From Tubiluchus corallicola (lineage: Eukaryota > Animalia > Priapulida): 64,000 nt of DNA. The notes beneath the pieces were generated by a model. It saw nothing but the letters and a program-made list of their open reading frames with translations. It did not search any database and had not been told where the DNA came from. The stretch covers positions 496,001-560,000 of the forward strand of contig JAQGDQ010000085.1 of assembly GCA_030141605.1 (NCBI GenBank), given 5' to 3'. Positions 39,756 to 51,700 of the stretch are shown here, one piece after another (position 1 is the first letter of the stretch; every line of letters begins with the position of its first letter). The position numbers and the translations under genes are program-made.

Positions 39756-42700
39756 CTGTTTTTGTATTAGTAATAAATGAATGATAAACTTGAGTGAAAC
39801 CTCTCTCACCTGCTCTGTTTATTAGCTCACTTAAAGTACTCCAATTAAGACTTCATCATTTCTGTAATTCGTGCACCACGTCTCGTTACTTCGCATAACC
39901 ACAGCAACAGTAAGTTTTGCGAATGCACACGCAATGAAAACAGTGGATAATCAAGCAGCGCTATCCAATAAATGAAGCCAAAGCCGTGAGGGCCACTAGA
40001 TGGCACTCCGCGACATTTCCAAACCCGCAAGAACCAACGTGCTTGACTTCAGAGATCTAAGAAAAAGGTAAGGAAAAAGGTAAAAGGTAAAAGAAAATCA
40101 CCGTCTTTTTACTTTAATTCTAGGTCCGCGTTGGTTTGCATGTAAAACCAGTAGGCCTTGATAAGCTGGGGTTTCTTGATGACATCTTACATGCAGACTT
40201 TATTCCATCTGGCCTTCGCTGCTGTCCTCTTCATACTGATTAACGGTCTGTTTTGCCAATTAATTTACCACAAGTGTGCAGAAGACGTGTAAGCGAGACC
40301 TTTTGCGTTTTGTTCGTCTAGCTACTCTTGCAGTTCATTTCAGCTCGGCTAATGAAGTTACGCAAAATTCGCGTTCTTTGACATGTAATAATAGTGTCCC
40401 AAATATGACACAAAATGACATCACGCCTAAAATGCGCGAAGTTATATAAACGATAATCGAGAGTTTTGTCTTTTTTCAGTTTTTGGTATCATTTGCTTTC
40501 CTTTTTTTATGAAAACCACAATAAATTGTAATGATCTGCTAAAAAAGATTCAAGGATGTTAAGTCACTTGTGTTAACTAATCTTCTTGGTTATAGTGTGA
40601 TTTAAATGCAGTTTATTAGTTTGTTTTCATGCAGGTATTTCCCCCTAACTCCACTGATTCGTGGTAAAGTGTTACAAAGGATGAAATGATGACGACGATG
40701 ATAAATCTTTATTCTGTACATATATAAATATATGCAAGACCTCTATTTGCAGGACACAAAGGAACAAAAACTACAAGTGTTGTAAAGATTTTGTTGTGCT
40801 GCAGGCTTATTACACAAAATATGCAGCGCCATCTATGAATGAACAAGAAACATTGTAAATCGATGAACCTTTAATAATGGCGTCACCGAATAAAGCGTCT
40901 GGCATCATGGTACCTAATGATATCAGTGTTTAGCAGTAGGCCCGCAATAAAAAACAAAAATTAATGTTCAAGCATGTGAAAATGTTGTTGAACTATCCAG
41001 CGACCCTAGAATGCTTGAAAGTGATAGAAAAACTGCAAGGATTCAATAATTTCTACAGGGTTTTCCAAAAGAAAGTGCAATCGAAATATGCTAAAACATG
41101 TTGATCAATGCCAAAAGAAGTGGGCTTGACTACAATAACCGCTGGAAGATGTGCCACTGACTTGCAAGGCCGCACTTACTGAACTTATAGCATTTGATAG
41201 CGCATTGTTTCTTTTTTTGAACACCCTGTATATCAGGTAACCCTGTAACTTAAGTCACAGAATTCTTCCAAAATAACAGAAAATTTGTGTTAATGCTCTA
41301 TTGTGATACAGTTTTTTACTTTTTCTTTGGATTAATAATTTCACCCGTAAAGCATTGCTGAAACCCATCGCTCTACTATACTTTTAGGCCTATATATTGG
41401 CCCCACAGCCCAAATTTATAAGATCACCATGTAAACTGCAACAACAAATGCTGTCCTTAGTACAGCATGTAAACAATTGCAGCCCAATTACTGCTTCACT
41501 CTAGCAACCTAATTTAGTTTTGCCTCAATCACGCTGTGAATTGCTGAGGACGGCAGCGCGCGCAAAATTAAATTTACCACGAGGATATTTTCTCCACGGA
41601 GCAGAGAAATTCTACTTACCAAGCAAAGCCGATTAATAACAGTGCACAAATGTTATTAGAATACAATGCAGGAACCTCTAATCCGCTGCTCAGAATGCTT
41701 TCAGAGCGAGTGCATTTTACAGCAGGCTTCATAAAAATACGTTAGGACGAATGGCTTCGGCAATGATGTGCGGGTGAAAATTATTAATCCCAAGAAAAAC
41801 AATAAAAACTAAGTGCCACAACAGAGCATTAACACAGATTTTTTGTTGTTCTCGAAGAATTCTGTGATGCAGACTTAGTATAGATTGTTTAGTAAATACA
41901 ATTTTATTGGTAATAACAATAACTAATTACTCCACATGCAAAACATTTTGCTTTTCAAATGTCCAAGGATTAATGATGTGATTGAATGAGATTGAAATAA
42001 GATTGACGTTCCACTGTTACGGTGCTGATCTGATTTTTAAATGACATTTGAGATTTTAAGTTACATTATCACCAATCTCTCGTTTGATTTATGAATAATG
42101 TGCTTGAATAATGTAAAAGTAATTCTAGATTCTAATAGTAATTAAACGTGATCAGGTTCAAAATTCTGCAGCATTTAAATGGAATGCCTAAACAGAACAT
42201 TTTCCAACTGGAGAACAGATGAGTGGCCACGGTGTGTGCTTGGAAGGTAACATTTACAAACGTCGAGGCTGGTCAGTGAATGAAAGGGTGACCACTGGTC
42301 CGCCAGGTTCAACACTCGTTGTGAGAAGTTTCACACTCCATGCTGATTCTGGCTGTTTTCCTCATCGAGGAGGGATGTGTCGACTGCGTTCACACAGGGT
42401 GTATAGAGGGAAAAATGTCGCCCATGAAAAGCATTGAAATTGCGCCTCTGTCCAAAATCTGACACCAATCTTTTTTATTTTTATTTATTTTATTCAAACA
42501 TACCTAGAGAGTACCTTTGTGACATGGAAAAAATGTTTCATGGTCTTCTTAAAATGCTTAATATAAAGAAATAACACTTTTTAATAAGAACATTAAATTT
42601 CATAGATTTTGCAGAGAAATCTACCTCCCTAACTACTGAACTACCTCCCTAGTTTTTGCAGAATGATCTTACTGCCAGTTGCTTCTGAAAATGAGTAGTG

Positions 42701-43344
42701 ATAGTGAGAGATGTTGTCATGTAGCTTCAAGCCTTACGTTTTTGCAAAATACTTTACACAAGTTCTTTAACAATCTGGCCACCCTAGTGCTTCTCACACA
42801 CATAAAAAGACAGATCATGCATTTGAAGAAAATTCATTTTTTCAGAAACTGCTGAGTATCGCCCCCTTCAAGTACTGCCCAGGGCACCTGCCGTACACCC
42901 TAGATACGCCACTGCGTTCATATTCCAACATACTTGAGACACCGTTGCTGGCTCAGTGTCTTGTCTTAGAAGCATCTTAGAGGGTTTCGATAAAAATCTA
43001 GGTACCCGTCTCGCCACAACCACCCACACCGACTAAGCATTTGCAATTGAATTATGGGTTTTGGTTTGTACAAAAAAGGCTTTCTACTGAACAATAAAAC
43101 CAAGGTATATCAGTTATGTCCGTTTTGTGAAAGAAAAGTAGCTGAGTGGTCGCATTGGGCGTTTAACAACCAAGGTTAAGTAACACTGGCCTAGTTAATA
43201 AATGACAGGTCGGCCTCAGGAAAATCGCTTCTAGCAAAGACAAGGTTTACTTACCATCATTCATTTCTTACCAACAAGTTACGGGTAACGACGCAACACA
43301 CAAATAACGAATAACACGTAGGGTATATGTCCTGGCATTTGCAG

Positions 43345-43407
43345 CCCCTAGTATCGAACTCAAGACTGCGTGGTTGCAGTCCGAAATCTGAACCACTCGG
43401 CAACCAA
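43345..43407 (-). mobile_element. tRNA-derived SINE head
   Basis: Minus strand TGGTTGCCGAGTGGTTCAGATTTCGGACTGCAACCACGCAGTCTTGAGTTCGATAC with A and B boxes; no proper acceptor stem. Confidence 0.6.
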
Positions 43408-43419
43408 ATCCAGAACTGT

Positions 43420-43615
43420 TTTCTTTATTTCATTGAGACATGGCGTATATACAGAGAGCTCATTTGCTCCATATCCCATATTTGACACTGACATACGTTC
43501 TAATTTTACCACTGTCATCAACATGATATGTAAACCATATCTGGAAGTACTGGTTAGCAGTTTACAGTGAACCAAACTGTTTACATTCCTTGCTTTCTGA
43601 GGTATCATTGTACTT
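43420..43615 (+). repeat. Dispersed repeat, diverged copy of 39543-39755
   Basis: Colinear similarity to 39543-39755. Confidence 0.75.
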
Positions 43616-44419
43616 CACAATACTTCAGGAAAATACTGCATAACCACTTGATTACTATGGTGCTTCACTGCTCACCATGCAATTACAGTGTAGTCTAGGT
43701 AAACAAAACAATTTTTCAGAAAATACTATAATAGTAGAATTTATTGCGTTTTAGCAAGGGGTACAGTTTCATTTTTCCAAGAACGACACAAGGAGTACAT
43801 TAATTATTTACCTGACGACGACAATGGTATTCGAGAGACTTCGATATTTCTACACACAGATGGAGCCACATACAAACAACAACGCTTCACAGGTGATTAA
43901 ACATCAGTTAGAGTTGAAAGAAGCTATTAAAATTAAATAATTTTTATGTTAGTTTGTTTCCGTTGCACCATTTCATTTTATTTTACAAAAGTTAACACAT
44001 TTCCTAGTACCAGAATGATATAAGTATTGCTGGGGCGGCAACAGGCACTCACTTGATTTTTAAGGCAAACAGGTATTTTTAGGTTTCAAAAGTGTGAATG
44101 TGAAATTTGTTTATACAGCACAACCTAGGTTAGAATACCAAAGCAATCGATTGTTCAAACTTTTTTGTTTGTCACATTACAATATTTATTTATAGCCTAA
44201 AAAAAATTTTGTGAAAATTATTAGTCAAGATGTCTCTGTGTTCAGAAATGAATCTAAACGCTGGGATGCAAAAGCAAAGTAACATCAGATTGTGATTTAT
44301 TATCAGTTAGTCTCTGAATAAGTTCAGGTCTATCTTAATTCAGTTGTTGAGTTTGATAGCATATTTAGAGTAATACTAAGTCATTGCAAGTAATAAACTA
44401 ACTTGTAATAACAACTGAA

Positions 44420-44805
44420 CACGGTTCCCACAGAATTTTAAAATAAATTTCCCTGATTTTTCCCTGACCAAATATTGGCTTTCCGTAACCAAAATAAGCA
44501 GAAATTGCATCTCCAGCATACATATTCAAACATTTTTGTGCATGAACATTCATACATATACTGATATATAATATGTCGGTCAATTATTTTTGGAACAGAA
44601 ATCAAAACTGGGAGCCTGTCATAGCAAAATTTTATTTGAACACAAATTGCTGAAAAACATGTTTGGAAAAATATCGGTTCACCGTGATTATTTTTGCAAC
44701 TCTTTCAAATTTCCCCGATTTTTCACCCCATCTTCATCATTTTCCCTAACTCATCTTCATCATTTTCCAGGATAGCCTGTATTTTCCCTGATCGTGGGAA
44801 CCCTG
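44420..44805. mobile_element. MITE with CAGGGTTCCCAC-type TIRs
   Basis: CACGGTTCCCAC / GTGGGAACCCTG termini; TTTCCCTGA subterminal repeats. Confidence 0.65.
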
Positions 44806-45369
44806 ACAGAAGTAACAGGAACAGGAGAATAATATACTGATGGCGGCATCCTGTTTACTTCCTCAACCATTGTTGACAGTAAGTTTAATGCTGCTAGTAA
44901 ATATTTTTGTCAGATCATCTGGCACAGACAACAATGCAATCTGATCAAATTTACAAACATAAATTTACTTCTTGAACTTGTGACAGTAAATGTCAATAAA
45001 CAGAGATGACACAGGGCATCCCTATTCATGTCAAACACACGGTGACGCTTGCACAGCTGTCACAATCCCACGGATATACAAAGAAACAGTGTACTTCCGT
45101 GGCTGTCATAAACAGGACACGTCTCTAAATAACGGAATAGGGACAATGTACTCTCATAATGGTAAACAAACAGGAGCAATATCAGTCATTCATCTTTAGA
45201 GTTCAGCAGATGTAGTAGAAAAAGGTTTAATATGACAAAATGAGTAACACTTCAAAAAGAGGTGATTTTAAATCAAACAACAACTTTTCATGCTAAATGA
45301 GGTCTTATTAGTCACAAACTTAAGCATTGTAAGTTAAAACTTTAGACAATTCATGGGTAGCCTCTAGTA

Positions 45370-45547
45370 TAGACGAGTGGCCTAGCTCATGATTTGTCTC
45401 CAATCATGAAGGTGAGCACTGTCAGCTCTGGGTTATAACTAGATGGGCATGAAAACGCACAAAAACGTTGCTATCAACTACAACTCATTCCTAGATGAAG
45501 TTTAACAGGTATGTGAATACTGTCAGCTCTGACAGGTACTTGGATGG
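45370..45547 (+). mobile_element. 5S rRNA-derived (tRNA A-box + 5S) SINE-like remnant
   Basis: TAGACGAGTGG, then GAAGGTGAGCACTGTCAGCTCTGGGTTATAACTAGATGGG and a second GTACTTGGATGG, resembling the 5S internal control region. Confidence 0.5.
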
Positions 45548-46365
45548 ACATACAAAAAAATATTATTAATTATAGTTCACTTGGTGCAAGAACTTTAGGA
45601 GGTAGCTCATACTACTAATAATTTTTTTTCATGTTCTAAGTGTAACCTTAACCCAATCAGTCATTGATCTTGTTTCCTGTTTGGGACGATTTTTAGCATG
45701 GACAGGGTTTCTGAGCTGCTTTACAGCAAGCCATCCCTCCACTTCAGTAAATCGTTTAAGGTGTTTCAGCCTTTTATAGGCTAGGAGCAAGGACACGACA
45801 ACTCCTGCATTCACAAGGATAAAGACCTTCTTAAGTTATTCAGAACTTAAAGCATTCAAAAAATTATGCAGTTTAATATAAACGAGTGCAAGATCAAAAT
45901 TATACAATTTAGTTCTGTTTCAGTGCAAGCTTGCACTTGCCACCAAGTTCATAACATTTGTTGGTACCTAGGCGTCACATGCACGGAAGACCGTGTTGTG
46001 ACATTGATAACAACTCAAGACACAAATGCACGCGCGATAATCAGAAAAGACTGTGTGTGCGACACCGTGTACCAGGAACTCTGTTTGACAGGTCAACAAA
46101 TCTACTGAACAAACAAGCTGTTAGCTGACACGTACTAGTTTATTTAGCTGTGCCTTGATATATTAAATTTTGATAGTTGACACTACACATTTTGAGTTGA
46201 GGGAGTATGCTAATGCATGTATTTTCAAATAGTACACCATGAGTTTCGTTCATTTATCACAAAATCCTGCTCTCTGTAAAGCCTAATGATCCAAAGATCA
46301 TACAAAACTTAAAACCTAAATGTCAATGCAATCTGTTAGAATTTGAACAGTTAAAATAGTTCATC

Positions 46366-48657
46366 TCATTTAGGATCATCTCTCGCCCGCATGCGTGCGA
46401 TAAACACGTTGCTCCTGCTTTTCCGGAAGTTTTCGAAGGGATCATTAACGGAAACACCGAGTCCTTTAAACGTGTCCATCCTCTCACGGACATCACCGCC
46501 TGATATTGGATCTTGAATGCCTTGTTCTTCGGCGCCTAAGCCAGCGCCACTCCATCCTAGCATACAGAAAAGTTTGAGTTTAAGTGCTAGTGAGCTTGTC
46601 ATAACATTATAGTACATTCGTACTGTCCTGCACTTTGAACAAAAGTACTTTGTTTCCATTTAAGTGATAGGAACACACAGGTAAACCCACCTGTGGGCGT
46701 TCATTACACAAGTTGCACTCGAACAACAAAATTATAATAATTGTGATTTATAAATGATGGTGCACTTAATGCAATGTCCAACTAGTCTAAAAACAGATTT
46801 TTTATTAATGGCATAGTAGTCGGTGTTTTTCATTAGTACACTATGATTATATATACTCTACGTCTCGTGTACTCATTAAATGTGTCTGACTCTAATTATG
46901 TTGAATGTCAGGTTGTTTTAAACAAAACACTTTTAATGTGAACTACACCAACAGTGTAACATTTGTGAGTATCTTTCTGAATGGCAAAGATGAATCAACC
47001 ATTATAAAGTGAATGAACATGAATACATCTAAAACTCTGACAGCCAAATTCCATACATAAAGAACAAAGTACTTCAAAATTAATTTACTAACAAGTTAAA
47101 GGCACCATACCCATTTTCTTCAGCAACATATGTCCCTTATTTGATTCATCCAGCTTTTTATCCAGACTTGCTTGATCCATTAGTGAAGGACTAAAAACAC
47201 AAAGCAACTTTGGATCAACATGATTCTAATACATTTTCGAATGTTATAAGTGAGCGGCTTAATTTTTTTTTACTTTCTGAACAATAAAACAGTTCTTGAA
47301 GTGCAAATACAACGATTTGATCTGGTCTTCAAAAGCTATGAAAGAAATACATAGTCTCTTCAGAAAAACTTCTGAAGAAAAATACATAAAAAGTGCTACA
47401 TATTAGTTCTGGATGGCCACAAATCAAAATAGAAACTTACAATGATGGCGGCGTTGGACTTCTGCGAACTGGCGACCTTCGACGGCGCGGAGGTGAAGAA
47501 GAACGAGATCTGGACCGTGACCGTGATTTGGACCTCCCTTTTCTAGGAGATGGCGACCGACTACGGCTACGGCTAGGGCTGCGTGACTTTGACCTGTTAA
47601 ATTTGATACGTGTTTCTGTTAAAGTTGTATTTTGAAAAATTTTACTGTACTTCTATAATTTAATTACAGATATAACACAAAACATTCATATAATTTTTAT
47701 GCGAAAAGTCGACAATTTCAGTAGTAATTAGCGAGAAAATCAGTTTGCTGTTCTGCCGAATAACAGAGCAGATATTAATAAATGGAAAATTGTAAGAAAC
47801 TGTAGTTGAAAACAGTCGTACTTAATATATTAATTCAATTTTCTGAAATATAAATACAAAATCAGCTGTACTAAAAGGCCAAAAATGAAGTGCAAATAAA
47901 ATTAGACTTAAACCTGGACGGGAACCAGTGATCTATAAATTACAAACAAAACATTTCAGATCATTCACCTCTACACCACATATTCTTTTGTGGTCAGGGT
48001 AAATGTTTATTCAGTTTTAACAGAACCTTTTCCAGCATCATCAGTTGTTAATTTATAACACACTGAAGTTATTACTAACTAAGTAGGCTATGCTTTTTAA
48101 TTAATTGGATGGAGGTTATCAACGTGAATAATTGATTAAATAATTGTATTACACTTAATTTCAAAGTTATAGTTAATCTAAGCACATTTCTAATTACGGC
48201 CCATCTGATATCAACAATTTAAAAATGATGGGTTTATTCCATCATTAATTATTGAAATTAACATTGCATATATAACTGTACATATATTGTGTATACATTG
48301 CATATATAATATTGTATAAATAACACCATAGCTTTTGCAGAAACATACCTTCCTTTACTAGAATATCTTGGTCTTCGTGGTGGACTCCGAGACTTCGAGC
48401 GTGACCTTGAGGTTGAGCTGGAACTCGACTTGCCGCGTGACCGACTTCTCGAGCGAGGCTTTTCAGAGGCTGGCTCAAAAACTTGTTTGCTGCCGCGTTC
48501 TTGAATGGCTTTTTGCTTTGCCTTAAAAAACTCAAACAAGGCCAGTTTCTCCCAGCCATCACTGTGAAGAAATAAACAATAACAAGTAAACAAAGAACCA
48601 AAACCAAGAAAACACACTGAAGGTTCACAATTCAAAAAGAACAACCTAGTAAACCTG

Positions 48658-48701
<44 letters not shown>

Positions 48702-51700
48702 TAACAATAAACTGTAAAGATACAATGCAGGAATATGCACCTATTAAACAACATGCGATGTCCTCGGCAATCAGTCGACTTTCATGTTCAATCGTTGCAC
48801 TTTTATAGGTTATGAAATGAAGTTGTGTTTTGAAAGTGTATTCCACACCAAAACAAAACAAAACAATGCCAGTACTGCACTAAGATGGTTAACTACTTAA
48901 AGAATATCCAGTATTAAGATATGATAATGTTTTGTTATGAAATCTATTAATGATTCAAAATCAGTTTTGCAGTGTTACACTTCATGACTAAGTTATAACA
49001 TTACATAAGATTACATAACATTTATACTCTTGCCCATTGCGTTTGCCAACTTCAATACAAGCCCAGCTGCTGTACACAAGCCTACTATTAACCTTAACTA
49101 GGTTTAACTAACAAACTATTGACATTTTTCATTGCCTATCATGGGATACTCTTTCACAAAGCCACTGCCATGTAGTGGAAGCCAATCATAAAGAACCTTG
49201 TTCAAGGGACGAATCAGAACAGCCGGCATTTTTCTAAAATGAAATCCTGATCTAGCTGATCGGAAGTCAACATTTTAAGATGCGATGCAACATGTTTTGA
49301 GACATACAATCAAATAAATAAACCTTTTGCACCAAAAGTAGGCACAAAATTTATTAAAACTGCAAATGCTTTTCATAAAGACTTCAGATAACTGCCCTAC
49401 ACATTCAAGAAGATGTGAAAATGTTACATACGCAGCTCTTGGTCGATCGTGAGATGGAGGCATGTAAAAAGCTTCCACTGCAGCCAAAAGACGTTCACTT
49501 GGTGGCATCGGCGGTGGTAAGCGAATGTCGTCAGGGTTCAGAGACAAGTACTCGCTATCTTCCAGCTTTAAAAAAGGAAAGCTGTAGACAGCGCACATCA
49601 AAATAATAAAAACACTTCGAAAGAAATACATCACTATTCTATCATTGTTTTCCTTACCGGTCAAAACTGTTAGAAGTTGTTTAATTTTTCTGGTGCATCT
49701 ATATTAAGAATTATGAATTAAATAAGACTGATAAGAGGATAAACCACGTATGTATCAAAAACAAACTCTAATTCGAGACTAAATAATTTGTAGAAAAATC
49801 ACAACAACAATAAGAACAACAAAGGTAGTTGTTAATATGCTTACCTACACGATTGACCTACTAATTGCCCCTGTGCACAAAGAAAAAGGTAGTTTCCCAT
49901 GTTTACCTACATGATAGACCTACTAATTTCTCCTGTATGGGTCACCTTAGAATGGTATACAAAAGTTAATAATTAAATCTAGAAAGCTGCAAGAAAACTA
50001 GGATGTAAGATTATGATTTGTATCTCAGGCTTTAGTAAGTTCTAAGTATAATTTCTAGTTAACTATAAGTCATTCCTACCTTGACAAGAGGGACCATAAG
50101 TCCAGCAGGCAACTCGTAGTATGGCACAGACGGGAACAAGCTCGGGTCATTGGGATCTGGCAACGGAGGTCTGTGAGGAGGTGGCATCGCGCCAGGAGGA
50201 TGAGGTTGGGAAATATTATTCATATTTGGAGGAGGCATGATAGGAGGAAAACCAGGGGGAGGTCGGCTGAAATCGATGTCCGGAGGAGGAAATGGCCCTG
50301 CAACAAAAAACTTGGAATAAATACGAATGTGTGCATAAAAATAGAACTTATCAATGTGCAAACACACTTGTACATTTCACGATAGATTATACTATCCAAA
50401 CAGAACAAGTGCTTAAAATGAAAAACTGATACAGGTTTGCACCAGAAACCATTAGAGAGCAATCTAATAATCCCTTTCGCAGACAATTAAAATCCCTCAG
50501 CAAACTGTCACAGACAACAGGTAAGATTAGCCACAAAAATTACCAAATTAAAAATAATAAACTGGAACTTTACTGCTTTATGTTTTGAATTATTTACAAA
50601 GAATTATTTTAATGCCAAAGAACTAAAAAGCGATTATCTTACTGTCTAATTTTGCCAAGAATGTGCTACTTTATGTTGCTAATGTGTCAAGACTTTTGTC
50701 ATTTGACACCTTTGTTTACAGTAGCTACCTGTACCTATATACTTTCCAAGAGAGTAATCTTCATAAACACACAAAGTTGCCTTCTGACCTACTACCAAAA
50801 ATGGAATAACTAATTCAGATCGACCAATTAGAATTTACATTAAATAATAAAAATTACAATGCCACCATTAAAAAGGTCTCAACTAATGTGCTCTATACAC
50901 ACCAAAAAATTAGCCAAAACCTCTCCAACACTTCAGAAAAGCAGCACCTGTTTTATTACGGCATAAACACAGGAGGTCAATCAACCTTATATTTTCACTA
51001 AAGGCTGAAAAATAAGTGAAATGTCAGTGATACCTCTCTGAAATTGTGCACTTTGTTGCTGAGGTGGAAATGCAGGAGGCATCTGCCGAAAATCTGGAGG
51101 CGGACGAGTGAAATCTGGAGGCGGTCCCGTGCCAGATGTAGAGAACGGTGGAGCCATCCCCGGCGGAGCGGCTTGTGACATGACCGGTGCTGTCGAACCT
51201 AGAACAGCAGTTGAGCTAGGACCAGAAGCGATTAACTTGCCTAAATATAGGGGACAAAAATTAACATTAAATGTGACCATGCAAAGACAGAGGTAATAAG
51301 ACCATATAATGAAATTCCAAAATTGTCTAGAAAACAAAGAAACAAAAGAACTCACTACAAAATTAAAAAAAGCATTTTGAGATCACAATTAAATTCAATA
51401 CATTAAAATTATAAAAAAGGATTTTAGTTTAATAAAAAGAAAGTTACTACTAAAGGAAAAAGATAATAAATTTCTAGAAAAGCATGATGCATTTTTAATG
51501 CATGTTAAAAAAGGGTGATGACACACCATTAACTCCGGTCAAACCAACTAATGTGTAATCAAAATAAAGTGAATGTGTGCTGTAGGCATTCGTCTCAAAA
51601 CAATTAGAGTTAGAAGCAAGTTAGAAACAGATTCAACTTCTTTGTTTTTTTGCAAAGTTAACAGAGAATTTAAAATTGGCAAAGGCTTATAATGTTCAAT

